From positions 21,348-85,347 of the IMG/VR virus record IMGVR_UViG_2911420635_000004: a stretch of DNA of 64,000 bases; one strand, given 5' to 3'. The position numbers and the translations under genes are program-made. The notes under the pieces were generated by a model. The model worked only from the letters and a program-made list of their open reading frames with translations. It had not been told where the DNA came from and did not search any database. Source of the DNA: a virus (taxonomy: Duplodnaviria; Caudoviricetes). Within the stretch, counting starts at the first letter, position 1, and each line of letters begins with the position of its first letter. Shown piece by piece: positions 26,623 through 36,344 of this stretch.

Positions 26623-27594
26623 TTAAGAATTGCTGATGAAATTTTGAAGCTGGTTTAAGTGTGCGCGCTGCTGAGTTCCCAAAATCTGATTGCAAATGTT
26701 GGGCGAAATCTGAGTTCTTAATAAGTCTGTGCAATCAATAAAGGAACTCACAAATTGCTTACAGGCCGTTTTGGTTTCTCCCATCTTTCGTAATATGTAA
26801 GTAATCAGGATTATGTAGGCGTCAATGTATTTGAAGTCAAGACCTGTAATGCCTACTTCTGTTTCAAGAAGCGAAATAAGGCGTTTGTTTATTGTACTTG
26901 TCTGAAAACGAGTATCAAAGATGGTGTTGTTATGTGCAACAGCGTTTCGTAAATCTTTGACAGCGTAAATCATGTATTCGGTGATTTTTCCATCTGAATC
27001 CAGATTGCTTGGCAAGTGAAGTATGCTCGAAGTCTTCAATTTGACATTTGCATTTGAGCAGGCGAAAAAAGTACCAAACTCTCCCAACGTCAGTGATTCA
27101 AAAACAGCCCAAATAGGAATTGGGCGGTCAGTATCAAAGAAATGGTTGACAGTTTGCTTCTGATTTGAGTAATCACGCAAAAGTGCATTATTGATTTTTC
27201 CCTTGAGGGTCATCCGCTTTGCATATTGCTTGTGGTACTGTTGGCTTCCAGGAGCGTAGGACTGATAAGCAGTAATGGATTTATTGAAAACGACATCGAG
27301 ATTTTCTGATTTGCTATCTTGAAGCACGGCTTCAATCACATAACTTTTCAGTGCGTTTTCAATGAACATTACTTTTGGATAAATCAAAGTCTTCAACTGC
27401 ATATCAAATTTATTTAACGCTATGACTTCATCAAGCGATGAAAAAGGAATACGTTGGTTTGGCGTGCGGATGAAGCGGTATCCTTTGTATCCATGATAGT
27501 AGCCAATGTTTCGTAGTGATTGAGCCTGATTGCTTTTAACAGAAATCTGGTGATGATTTCTCAAATATTTCATAAGCTGATTGATTGACAGCAT
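26623..27594 (-). CDS. Abi_2 (AbiD/AbiF-like) HEPN abortive-infection protein
   Basis: LRNIGYY, FDMQLK..IENALK, PIWAVFESLTLG, HEPN RNAVAH; AT-rich; own TTCCAT-17-TATAAT promoter at 27626-27654. Confidence 0.87.
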   Translation of the reverse strand: MLSINQLMKYLRNHHQISVKSNQAQSLRNIGYYHGYKGYRFIRTPNQRIPFSSLDEVIALNKFDMQLKTLIYPKVMFIENALKSYVIEAVLQDSKSENLDVVFNKSITAYQSYAPGSQQYHKQYAKRMTLKGKINNALLRDYSNQKQTVNHFFDTDRPIPIWAVFESLTLGEFGTFFACSNANVKLKTSSILHLPSNLDSDGKITEYMIYAVKDLRNAVAHNNTIFDTRFQTSTINKRLISLLETEVGITGLDFKYIDAYIILITYILRKMGETKTACKQFVSSFIDCTDLLRTQISPNICNQILGTQQRAHLNQLQNFISNS

Positions 27595-27686
27595 ATTTTG
27601 TCCTCCTGGGTAAAAATATGTCTATATTATAGCACTGTTGAGAAATATATGGAAGATACGAAAAAACAGAAAGGGGAATAAATATT

Positions 27687-29084
27687 ATGGGATTCTGGGA
27701 ATGGATGGGATTTGAGAACCCAAGGGATTCTCCCAAAACAGAACAGCCAAAAGAAGGTCTGCCGCAGGTCACGGATAATGTCCGCGATTCCGGGCAGACC
27801 TTTGTGTTTGGCCGTTCCAATGCCGGGGAGCAGGTGGATGAGAAAGCCGCTATGCAGATCCCGACTGTGTATGCCTGTGTCCGTCTGCTGGCGGAGTCCA
27901 TTGCGGCACTGCCGCTGCATCTCTACCGGGTGACAGACGATAATGGAAACAAGGAAAAGGCGCGGAATCATCCGCTGTACAAGATTTTATATCGCCAGCC
28001 AAACCCGGAGATGACATCCTTTGTTTTCTGGGAAACGCTGATGACTCACTTGCTTCTCTGGGGCAACGCCTACGCACAGATCGTCCGGGATGGCAAGAAC
28101 ACGGTGCTTGGTCTTTATCCGCTTTTGCCGGAAAATGTCGAAGTCGACCGAGATGAGAGTGGCGAGCTCTACTATATCTACCACGCATACACGGATGAAG
28201 TTCCGGGAGAGCAGAATAAGGATATCTACTTTCGCCGGGACGAGATCTTCCATGTGCCGGGTCTGGGCTTCAATGGTCTGATTGGTTTCTCACCGATTGC
28301 CATGATGAAGAACAGTCTCGGTACTTCCATTGCGGTAGATAAATACGGTTCCTCTTTCTTCAAGAACGGCGCGCAGCCCAGTGGTGTACTGGAACATCCC
28401 GGCGTTGTGAAAGATCCGAACCGTATCCGGGATAGCTGGGAAGCGGCTTACGGTGGTGCAGCCAATGCCCATCGTGTGGCTGTGCTGGAAGAGGGCATGG
28501 CCTACAAACCAATCTCCCTGCCACCGGAGGACAGCCAATTCCTCGAAACAAAGCAGTTCTCGGTCACAGAGATCTGCCGTATCTTCCGTGTGCCTCCGCA
28601 TCTGGTAGCCGATCTGTCCAGGGCAACCTTCTCCAACATTGAATACCAGTCGCTGAACTTCGTGATGCACTCCCTGACCCCGTGGCTTGTCCGCATCGAG
28701 CAGGGCATCATCAAGGATCTGCTGCTGGAAGAGGAGCAGGATACCTACTTCCCGAAATTCAATGTGGACGGTCTGCTCCGTGGCGACTACCAGAGCCGGA
28801 TGAACGGCTATGCGACCGGCATCAGCAACGGCTTCCTCTCTCCGAATGATGTGCATCGTCTGGAGAACATGGATCTCATCCCAGCAGAGGAGGGCGGTGA
28901 CGACTACTACCTGAACGGCGGCTATGTGAAGCTGAAAGATGCAGGAGTGGCACAGCAGAATAAAGCTGCCGCAGTCCAGCAGAATCAGCCGAAACAGACA
29001 CAGCCCGACCCGGAAGAAGAACCTGACAGCGATAACCGGCTGAGTGAGAGTAAGCCACGGAAAAATGGAAGGAGAACCCGATGA
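27687..29084 (+). CDS. Portal protein (HK97 family)
   Basis: VYACVRLLAESIAALP, GFNGLIGFSPI, EICRIFRVPP. Confidence 0.95.
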   Translation: MGFWEWMGFENPRDSPKTEQPKEGLPQVTDNVRDSGQTFVFGRSNAGEQVDEKAAMQIPTVYACVRLLAESIAALPLHLYRVTDDNGNKEKARNHPLYKILYRQPNPEMTSFVFWETLMTHLLLWGNAYAQIVRDGKNTVLGLYPLLPENVEVDRDESGELYYIYHAYTDEVPGEQNKDIYFRRDEIFHVPGLGFNGLIGFSPIAMMKNSLGTSIAVDKYGSSFFKNGAQPSGVLEHPGVVKDPNRIRDSWEAAYGGAANAHRVAVLEEGMAYKPISLPPEDSQFLETKQFSVTEICRIFRVPPHLVADLSRATFSNIEYQSLNFVMHSLTPWLVRIEQGIIKDLLLEEEQDTYFPKFNVDGLLRGDYQSRMNGYATGISNGFLSPNDVHRLENMDLIPAEEGGDDYYLNGGYVKLKDAGVAQQNKAAAVQQNQPKQTQPDPEEEPDSDNRLSESKPRKNGRRTR

Positions 29085-29980
29085 AGAAATTCTGGAACTG
29101 GATCAAAAACAGTGACGATACCAGAATCCTCCGGCTGGAAGGCCCCATCGATGAGGAATCATTCTGGGGCGATGAAATCACGCCGCAGATGTTCCGGGAT
29201 GAGCTGGAATCCGGTGTGGGGGATGTGACCGTCTGGATCAACTCTCCGGGCGGCAATGTGTTCGCCGCTGCTGAGATCTATACCATGCTTAAGGACTACA
29301 AGGGCAGCATCACGGTCAAGATCGATGCGATTGCGGCATCTGCTGCATCCGTTGTGGCGATGGCCGGTGATACTGTTCAGATGAGTCCCGTTGCCATGCT
29401 GATGATCCATGACCCCAGCACCGTTGCAATGGGCAATACCAAGGATATGGAAAAGGCCATCGAGGTGCTGACTGAAGTCAAGGAGAGCATCATCAATGCC
29501 TACGCAGCGAAGAGCGGACTCAGCCACGCCCGTATTGCCAACCTCATGAGCAATGAGACCTGGATGAATGCGAAGAAGGCGGTGGAGCTGGGCTTCGCAG
29601 ACGAGATCCTCTTTGCAAAGAAAGAGGAAGAGCCGGACAGTGATCCAGCAGATCCGGAGAATCCGGAAGAAGACCCCGACAGTGAACCGGGCGAGGGCGA
29701 AGAAAAGAAGCCGTTCCAGAAGGATACGGCAGGGCACCTTTTCTCCAGCCGTCAGATGGATCTAATCGTCCTGAACCGTCTGGGTGTGAAACCGGAAGAT
29801 GTGGGTCAGAAACACACTGAGCCGAAGGCACCGCCTGCTGCCCCGAAACCGTCCGCAGAGCCGACCCCTCCGGCAGAGCCGTCCGCTAATCCGGGACCTG
29901 TCCTTGACATGGACGGCAAGACCGAGGATGGCAGTATCCCCTACAATATCCTGATGAAGCAGCTTGAGTGTATGAAGTGA
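29081..29980 (+). CDS. ClpP-like head maturation protease with an acidic/Pro-rich tail
   Basis: INSPGGNVF, AASAAS, MIHDP, ETWMNA. Confidence 0.93.
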   Translation: MKKFWNWIKNSDDTRILRLEGPIDEESFWGDEITPQMFRDELESGVGDVTVWINSPGGNVFAAAEIYTMLKDYKGSITVKIDAIAASAASVVAMAGDTVQMSPVAMLMIHDPSTVAMGNTKDMEKAIEVLTEVKESIINAYAAKSGLSHARIANLMSNETWMNAKKAVELGFADEILFAKKEEEPDSDPADPENPEEDPDSEPGEGEEKKPFQKDTAGHLFSSRQMDLIVLNRLGVKPEDVGQKHTEPKAPPAAPKPSAEPTPPAEPSANPGPVLDMDGKTEDGSIPYNILMKQLECMK

Positions 29981-30037
29981 TGTGCATTCAGGCTGTTTTT
30001 CATATCACCACAAATCAATCTATGGAGGAAAAACACT

Positions 30038-31243
30038 ATGAGTAAGATTCTGGAACTGCGCACCAAGCGCAACACTCTCTGGGAGCAGACCAAGGACTTT
30101 CTGGAGAAGAACCGCGGCGAGAACGGTCTGGTAAAGGCTGAGGCCGTGGAGCAGTATAACAAGATGGCACAGGAGGTCAAGGATCTGGGTGCTGAGATCG
30201 AGCGTCTGGAGCAGCAGGCACAGATCGAGGCACAGCTGTCCGCACCGACTTCCAGTCCTGTCCACGCTGACCCGAAGAACGGTGCCAAGAAGGATGTCAA
30301 GCCGACTGCCACTGCCGAGTATGCCGAGAACTTCTGGAACATGATCCGCAACCGCGGCCATTACGGCGAGGTCCGCAATGCCCTGTCTGTGGGTGAGGAC
30401 ACCGAGGGTGGCTTTACCGTTCCCGATGAGTTCGAGAAGAAGCTGGTGGAGGCACTGGAGGAGAATAACATCTTCCGTGGTCTGGCGACCGTCATCCGCA
30501 CCAGCTCCGGCACCCGTAAGATTCCCATCGCGGAGGATACCGGTGAGGCAAGCTGGATCGATGAGGGTGAGGAGATCCCGGAGAGCGATACCACCTTCGG
30601 TCAGACCATGCTGTCTGCGTACAAGCTGGGCACTATGATCAAGATCTCCAATGAGCTGCTGAACGATTCCGCATTCGACCTTGCCACCTATATTGCCCGC
30701 CGTTTCGGTGTGCGTATGGGCAACGCAGAGGAGCGCGCCTTTATCACCGGTGACGGTGTGGGCAAGCCTCTGGGTCTGCTGGCTGAGACCGGCGGTGCCA
30801 AGGTCGGTGTGACCGCTGCCCAGAAGGACGCCGTTACCTTCGATGAGATCTTCAAGCTCTACTACGCACTGAAGGCTCCGTACCGCAAGAAGGCACAGTT
30901 CCTCTGCAACGAAGCCCTGGTGCTGCAGCTGATGACCATCAAGGACAACAACGGCAACTATATCTGGAAGCCGGGTCTGGAGATCGGCAAGCCTGATACC
31001 CTGCTGAACCGTCCGCTGAAGACTTCTGCCTTCATGCCGGAGATCAAGGGTGGCAGCAAGGTCATGGCTTTCGGTGATTACAGCTACTACTGGGTGGCTG
31101 ACCGCCAGAACCGCACCTTCCGCCGTCTGAACGAGCTGTATGCCCGTACTGATCAGGTCGGCTTCCTGACCACCCAGCGTGTGGATGGCAAGCTGATTCT
31201 GCCCGAAGCCGTACAGCTTCTGCAGATGGCACCGCAAGGCTAA
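30038..31243 (+). CDS. Major capsid protein (HK97 fold)
   Basis: N-terminal coiled-coil delta domain; GGFTVPDEF; GDGVGKPLG. Confidence 0.95.
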   Translation: MSKILELRTKRNTLWEQTKDFLEKNRGENGLVKAEAVEQYNKMAQEVKDLGAEIERLEQQAQIEAQLSAPTSSPVHADPKNGAKKDVKPTATAEYAENFWNMIRNRGHYGEVRNALSVGEDTEGGFTVPDEFEKKLVEALEENNIFRGLATVIRTSSGTRKIPIAEDTGEASWIDEGEEIPESDTTFGQTMLSAYKLGTMIKISNELLNDSAFDLATYIARRFGVRMGNAEERAFITGDGVGKPLGLLAETGGAKVGVTAAQKDAVTFDEIFKLYYALKAPYRKKAQFLCNEALVLQLMTIKDNNGNYIWKPGLEIGKPDTLLNRPLKTSAFMPEIKGGSKVMAFGDYSYYWVADRQNRTFRRLNELYARTDQVGFLTTQRVDGKLILPEAVQLLQMAPQG

Positions 31244-31269
31244 GAAAGCCAGGAAAGGAGGAGCCGGTT

Positions 31270-31608
31270 ATGGCACTGATCCCGCTTTACGAAGCGAAGA
31301 CCTATCTCCGCGTGGACAGCAGCGATGAGGATGCCCTGATCGGCATCCTTTTATCTTCTGCGGAGCAGATGTGTAAGGATGTGGGCCGTTTATCGGAAGA
31401 CCAGTGGGAGGCAGTCAATGCCGCTGACCGGGATGTCGAGAACGGAGTACAGCCTACAAGGGAACTGGAAGCCCTGCGCAGCACCTGCCGTGTGGCGATT
31501 CTGTATGCGCTGGGGTATCTCTATGAGCACCGGGACGAAGCTGACCATAAACAGCTGATGCTGACGCTTCGTTCCATTCTGTTTGCTGTGAGGGAGGGGG
31601 TGTTCTGA
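31270..31608 (+). CDS. Head-tail connector (gp6-like)
   Basis: EAKTYLRVD..AILYALGYLYEHR. Confidence 0.9.
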   Translation: MALIPLYEAKTYLRVDSSDEDALIGILLSSAEQMCKDVGRLSEDQWEAVNAADRDVENGVQPTRELEALRSTCRVAILYALGYLYEHRDEADHKQLMLTLRSILFAVREGVF

Positions 31609-31964
31609 TGATCGAGAAACTGAATGAGCGGATCACGATCGAGAAAAGCACGGTCGTGACCGATAAGGTCGGAAACCATCGGAACACATGGGAGGAATAT
31701 TTCACCTGTTTTGCCTACGCTTCGACCTATCAGGCGCAGGAAGAAGAAGGTGAGGTCACAGCCGAACAGAAGAGCGTGGTGTTTACGGTTCGGTGGTGCA
31801 GTGAGACCGGAAATCTCACATCAACAGGTTACCGCATCCGTTTCCGGGAGCAGCTCTACAATATCGAATCCGTTGACCCGATGAACTACCAGAAGAAGAT
31901 CCTGAAAATTCATTGCAGACTGGAGAGGAGGCAGCCGGATGAGCAGAACCGTCAGCATCGATGA
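31608..31964 (+). CDS. Head closure protein
   Basis: LNERITIE..RIRFREQLYNIESVD. Confidence 0.88.
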   Translation: MIEKLNERITIEKSTVVTDKVGNHRNTWEEYFTCFAYASTYQAQEEEGEVTAEQKSVVFTVRWCSETGNLTSTGYRIRFREQLYNIESVDPMNYQKKILKIHCRLERRQPDEQNRQHR

Positions 31965-32316
31965 GATGGCAGATGCCATCAATGAGGGCTTAAAAGAATA
32001 CGCGACCCTTGCTTCCACGCAGGTGAAGAGTGCCGTTCGTAAGTCTGCCAAAACGGTCAAAGACCAGATCTCGGCCAATGCACCGTCCCGGACGGGCGCG
32101 TACAAGGGAAGCTGGGTGGCGACCAAACAGTCCGAATCCAGTCAGAGCCTTCAGATGGTGGTGCATTCCAAGAACCGCTACCAGCTGGCACATTTGCTGG
32201 AAAAAGGTCATGCCAAACGCGGCGGCGGTCGTGTGGCAGGAAGACCCCATATTGCTCCGGCTGAACAGGCCGGCATCGAGCAGCTCCAGTCCCTCATCGA
32301 AAAGGCACTAAAGTAA
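31939..32316 (+). CDS. HK97 gp10-like neck/tail protein
   Basis: APSRTGAY..AHLLEKGH..RPHIAPA. Confidence 0.88.
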   Translation: MSRTVSIDEMADAINEGLKEYATLASTQVKSAVRKSAKTVKDQISANAPSRTGAYKGSWVATKQSESSQSLQMVVHSKNRYQLAHLLEKGHAKRGGGRVAGRPHIAPAEQAGIEQLQSLIEKALK

Positions 32317-32326
32317 GGAGGAACCA

Positions 32327-32644
32327 ATGACCCACGAAGAGGTAAAAGCTCTGGTGGAAGAGATGGGACTTCCTTATGCGTATGACCATTTCGCAGAAGG
32401 GGAGAGCCCTGATCCACCGTTTATCTGCTTCCTGTATCCGAAAGCTGAGAACTTTGGCGCGGATAATCTTGTGTACCACCATTTCAACCGGCTGGACATA
32501 GAGGTGTACACCGATTACAAAGACCCGGATATGGAAGCAAATATTGAAGAAGTCCTGACCGCACACGAACTCTACTATGAGAAAAGTGAGGTCTGGATCG
32601 AAACCGAAAAGATGTATGAAGTCCTGTATGAGCTGACCGTGTGA
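32327..32644 (+). CDS. Tail terminator-like protein
   Basis: Position; PPFICF..DIEVYTD. Confidence 0.75.
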   Translation: MTHEEVKALVEEMGLPYAYDHFAEGESPDPPFICFLYPKAENFGADNLVYHHFNRLDIEVYTDYKDPDMEANIEEVLTAHELYYEKSEVWIETEKMYEVLYELTV

Positions 32645-32678
32645 TGCTCATGCGGGATATTTTTATGGGAGGAACACT

Positions 32679-33293
32679 ATGTCGAAGAAAAGCAATAAGG
32701 TCAAATTTGGCCTGAAAAACTGCCATTATGCCAAGGCAACCTTTGACGAAGATGGCAGTGTCACCTATGCAAAGCCGGTCCGCATCCCCGGTGCAGTCAG
32801 TCTTTCTATGGATGCTAACGGTGAGATCGAGCCGTTCTATGCGGACAATATCGCCTATTATGTCGTGAATAACAACTCCGGCTACGAGGGTGATCTGGAG
32901 ATCGCGCTGATCCCGGAGAGTTTCCTCACGGACATCATGCACGAGGAACTGGATGGCAACGGCGTGCTTGCTGAGAACGCCAATGTGGAATTGGAGCATT
33001 TCGCATTCCTGTTCGAGTTCGATGGCGACCAGCGTCACATCCGTCATGTGCTGTACAACTGCGTGGCAAGCCGTCCTTCCATCGAGGGTGAGACCAATGA
33101 GGACAGCAAGGAAGTCAAGACGGACACCCTGAACCTGCAGGCAACCCCTCTGGCAAACGGTTATGTCAAGGCAAAGACCGGTACCAACACCACCGATGAT
33201 GTCTATAACAAGTGGTACGATGCGGTCTACGAGCCGCAGGCGGAAGCTGTGGACACCGAAGACACCAGTCACACCGAGGAGCCGCAGGGCTAA
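32679..33293 (+). CDS. Major tail protein (phi13 family)
   Basis: KVKFGLKN..FYADN..GYEGDLEIA. Confidence 0.9.
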   Translation: MSKKSNKVKFGLKNCHYAKATFDEDGSVTYAKPVRIPGAVSLSMDANGEIEPFYADNIAYYVVNNNSGYEGDLEIALIPESFLTDIMHEELDGNGVLAENANVELEHFAFLFEFDGDQRHIRHVLYNCVASRPSIEGETNEDSKEVKTDTLNLQATPLANGYVKAKTGTNTTDDVYNKWYDAVYEPQAEAVDTEDTSHTEEPQG

Positions 33294-33309
33294 GTGACCG
33301 ACACACACC

Positions 33310-34216
33310 GCAGGGCTTCGGCTCTGCTTACATTATTATAAAGAGGTATATGATTATGAAGAAGATTTTTCCTTTGTTCGCAGTGATTATCGTTCTGGTG
33401 CTGGCTGTCTGCTCGTTCCACATTATCCCCACCGGCTACACGGGCGTGAAGACCAGCTTCGGCCAGATCCAGGAGACCACCATTCAGAGCGGTAAGCTCA
33501 ACTTCTGCATTCCCTTTGTGCAGAGCATCCACAAGGTCAACAACAAGCAGCAGGATAAGCACATCGAAGCGCAGGTCTGGGGCGAAGCCTCCGACAAGAC
33601 CCCTGTGTATGCCGCTGATGTCATTGTGACTTATCAGGTGCTTCCTGAGAAGAGTGCATGGCTGTATGCGAATGTGTCCGACATCAAGAATCTGGTCGGT
33701 GACGAGCTGGTGGCATCTGCCATTAAGTCTGCGATGGCTGAACTTGGTCCCAATGAGGTAACCAACCGCACCAAGATCGAGCCTCTGGCACAGCAGAAGC
33801 TGGCAGAATCCCTTGTGCAGAAATATGGTGAGGACGTTGTGTTTGTGAACAAGGTCGTCATCAATGACATGAATTTCGAGGATGCCTATAACGAAGCCAT
33901 CCAGCAGAAGTCCATTGCACAGCAGAACGCAGATAAGCAGAAGATCGAGAATGAAGCCGCCATTGCCAAGGCAGAAGCGGATAAGCAGGTGGCAATCACC
34001 AATGCAGAGGCGGAAGCCCAGAAGACTTCCATTGCCGCAGAAGCTCAGGCAGAGGCAAACCGCAAACTGGCAGAAAGCCTGTCCGATACGCTGATCGAGT
34101 ACCAGAAGATCCAGAAGTGGGATGGAAAGCTGCCGACTGTGAGCGGCGGTAATGCACTGGTGAGCATTGACCCGGCAGAGTAAGAAACACGATATATGGC
34201 AGGGCTTCGGCTCTGC
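33310..34216 (+). repeat. 18-bp direct repeat GCAGGGCTTCGGCTCTGC (UUCG hairpin) flanking the SPFH gene
   Basis: Identical copies at 33310-33327 and 34199-34216. Confidence 0.85.
33356..34183 (+). CDS. SPFH/prohibitin-domain membrane protein (moron)
   Basis: N-terminal TM; IPTGYTGVKTSFG; coiled coil AEAEA; KWDGKLP. Confidence 0.88.
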   Translation: MKKIFPLFAVIIVLVLAVCSFHIIPTGYTGVKTSFGQIQETTIQSGKLNFCIPFVQSIHKVNNKQQDKHIEAQVWGEASDKTPVYAADVIVTYQVLPEKSAWLYANVSDIKNLVGDELVASAIKSAMAELGPNEVTNRTKIEPLAQQKLAESLVQKYGEDVVFVNKVVINDMNFEDAYNEAIQQKSIAQQNADKQKIENEAAIAKAEADKQVAITNAEAEAQKTSIAAEAQAEANRKLAESLSDTLIEYQKIQKWDGKLPTVSGGNALVSIDPAE

Positions 34217-34250
34217 CAATTTTACATGAAATTTATGGAGGATTACGATT

Positions 34251-34631
34251 ATGGCAGTTACAAAGAAAATCGAGATCGATGGCAAGGAAGTCACCTTTAA
34301 GGCAAGTGCGGCTGTGCCTCGCCTGTACCGCATCAAGTTCGGCCGTGACATTTACAAAGACCTGCGCCAGCTGGAAAAGAGCGTAGGGGAGAATGATGAG
34401 GACAATTCCAACCTCGACCTGTTCAGTCTGGAAATGTTCGAGGACCTGGCATGGCTGATGGCCCGTCATGCAGACCCCGCGAATGTGCCGGACAGCCCGG
34501 AGGAGTTCCTGGACCAGTTCAACACCTTTTCCATCTACCAGATCCTGCCCCAGCTGATCGAACTGTGGGGCCTGAATGTGCAGACGGAGGTGGAATCCAG
34601 AAAAAACCTCGAAAGAGTGAGCGGGAAATGA
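34251..34631 (+). CDS. Tail assembly chaperone (G-like)
   Basis: Position between the major tail protein and TMP; slippery A-AAA-AAC at 34601-34607. Confidence 0.82.
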   Translation: MAVTKKIEIDGKEVTFKASAAVPRLYRIKFGRDIYKDLRQLEKSVGENDEDNSNLDLFSLEMFEDLAWLMARHADPANVPDSPEEFLDQFNTFSIYQILPQLIELWGLNVQTEVESRKNLERVSGK

Positions 34632-34792
34632 CCACCCCGCTCTTTCTGCTGCGTTGTGTACAGCTCGGTATCAGCATCGCCGACCTAGACCTGCTGACCA
34701 TCGGGTTGGTCAATGATATGTTCACGGAACGGCAGAACGACGATTATCCGTACAAAGAGCTGGCCTCGCAGGAGGATTTCGACCGGTTCTAA
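34601..34792 (+). CDS. -1 frame extension (T part of the G-T chaperone) or small ORF from ATG 34628
   Basis: The -1 frame is open across the slippery site: KKPRKSEREMTTPLFLLRC..EDFDRF. Confidence 0.7.
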   Translation, partial: KKPRKSEREMTTPLFLLRCVQLGISIADLDLLTIGLVNDMFTERQNDDYPYKELASQEDFDRF

Positions 34793-34903
34793 AGCAAAAA
34801 ACAGACGACCGTGCTTATATTGTGAACGAAATAAGCACAATCGTCTGGTGATGGTATAAAAAATCCCACTCAGCCATGTGACTGGGTGGGATATATGCTG
34901 TCA

Positions 34904-35242
34904 CTATTCGATTTCCACGTCTTCAAAACCGACAAGGTCAGCTTCAGTGATGCCAAGGCGACGAAGCATTTCCTCTTCAGAGATCAAGTAAGATTCAGTC
35001 TGTTTTAGAGAGGTGTTTGTTTGCATGGTATCTTCAAAGATGTTGCGGAGATAATCGGGTCCTTCCATCCAGAGTCCGGTGGAATAGTCAAATAGCATTT
35101 TGTATGCGGGAGAGGTTACAAAGCGAAAAAATACGTCGTTGAAGGAAACACCGGTATCATCACAGTAGTCTGTGAGCATAGTGCGCATAACGAGTACGGC
35201 GCACATTTCGCGTTGTGAATCATCGATGACAACCTCGTTCAT
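34904..35242 (-). CDS. DUF3791-like small helical protein
   Basis: GGAGGTG RBS; paralogous to its neighbour (DSQ.E.CAV..MR..F..S.AY..LFD..T..W.EG.DYL). Confidence 0.7.
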   Translation of the reverse strand: MNEVVIDDSQREMCAVLVMRTMLTDYCDDTGVSFNDVFFRFVTSPAYKMLFDYSTGLWMEGPDYLRNIFEDTMQTNTSLKQTESYLISEEEMLRRLGITEADLVGFEDVEIE

Positions 35243-35267
35243 AAAACCACCTCCTAGCAATTATTTT

Positions 35268-35528
35268 TTATGCAGTCTTTTTGGAAGTGCAGTAGTCATA
35301 AAGACTCAGCAGATAATCAGAGCCTTCTTTCCAAATCTCTGTGTCAAAATCAAAGAGGGCTTCATACGCACGAGAACTTGTGAAACGAAGAAGAGCTTCC
35401 TCGTATGAAATATTTTCTCGTGCTGCAAGGGTTTCTACAGCTTCGCGCATCGCAATTACTGCGCAGCATTCCTTTTGGGAATCTGTAGATTTATAGTTTA
35501 TAGCATTATCACAATTTGATGTCACCAT
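35268..35528 (-). CDS. DUF3791-like small helical protein
   Basis: AAGGAG RBS; FTSSRAYEALFDFDTEIWKEGSDYL. Confidence 0.7.
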   Translation of the reverse strand: MVTSNCDNAINYKSTDSQKECCAVIAMREAVETLAARENISYEEALLRFTSSRAYEALFDFDTEIWKEGSDYLLSLYDYCTSKKTA

Positions 35529-36090
35529 AGCGGTCACTCCTTATAAATTCAAGATGCTCGACGGCATCCTGAGTTCTGAAACAAAACTGATCCTTGAGAC
35601 GGTTCGGTAAAAGTTTTTCAATCGTTTCTTTGTCTGCTTTTGGAGTTCCAGGCTCACCAGCACCTTCACCGCTGATATAAATCTGAAGGGTACGGGCTGT
35701 CTGATCGTCGGCAATCTTTCCACCGATGATATCAATTACGTTGTATTTTTTCAGAAGCTGAGGAAAGAGGTCTTTCTTTCGATTGGCCGCTACAAAATGC
35801 AGCCATTCGATACTGGGTTCTTGAAAAAAGTAAGCGAGAATGTTTGGGTCATAGTGAAATTTGTAGACGGATATTTGTCCGTCAGCTGGATCAAAGTTTT
35901 TTGGAACAGCACCGAGGTGTTTTGCTTTGCGAACAGAAAGCTGGACATAGTTATATGCTTGTTCATAAGATGAGGTTAAGTAGAAACCACGACCAAAATC
36001 GAGACCACCCATACAGCGGCTTAAGTCGATGTCAGGAATACTGACATAACTTCCGTGGTAGAGCAGCATTCCATCTTCAAGTCCTATCAT
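35509..36090 (-). CDS. DUF3990-family protein (ART-like)
   Basis: LYHGS..DFGRGFYLT..WLHFV..DIIGGKIADD..QFCF. Confidence 0.82.
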   Translation of the reverse strand: MIGLEDGMLLYHGSYVSIPDIDLSRCMGGLDFGRGFYLTSSYEQAYNYVQLSVRKAKHLGAVPKNFDPADGQISVYKFHYDPNILAYFFQEPSIEWLHFVAANRKKDLFPQLLKKYNVIDIIGGKIADDQTARTLQIYISGEGAGEPGTPKADKETIEKLLPNRLKDQFCFRTQDAVEHLEFIRSDRYGDIKL

Positions 36091-36308
36091 ACGGTAACAC
36101 CTCGATTCTTGAGCAGGGTTTCAACATCATGCAAAGCGCATTCGTAGCTATTCAAATGAAGAATGTCATAGCAGTCAGCGATAAATCCGAGAATGTCGTA
36201 TTTCTTAAACAGTTCTGCGCAGTCGCTGGGAGACATTTTCCATTTGGATTGAGCCATCCGAAAGACCCAGCACTGCATATCGGCAATGTCAATATTATAT
36301 CCACTCAT
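36087..36308 (-). CDS. DUF3791-family protein
   Basis: AAAGGAGG RBS; LFKKYDILGFIADCYDILH. Confidence 0.75.
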   Translation of the reverse strand: MSGYNIDIADMQCWVFRMAQSKWKMSPSDCAELFKKYDILGFIADCYDILHLNSYECALHDVETLLKNRGVTV

Positions 36309-36344
36309 AGAGCATACCTCCTTTGAGTACAATTTCTCAATTTA

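Noticed and set aside
30020-34351. Minus-strand ORFs over the capsid and SPFH genes
   Set aside because: Shadow frames of well-supported plus-strand genes
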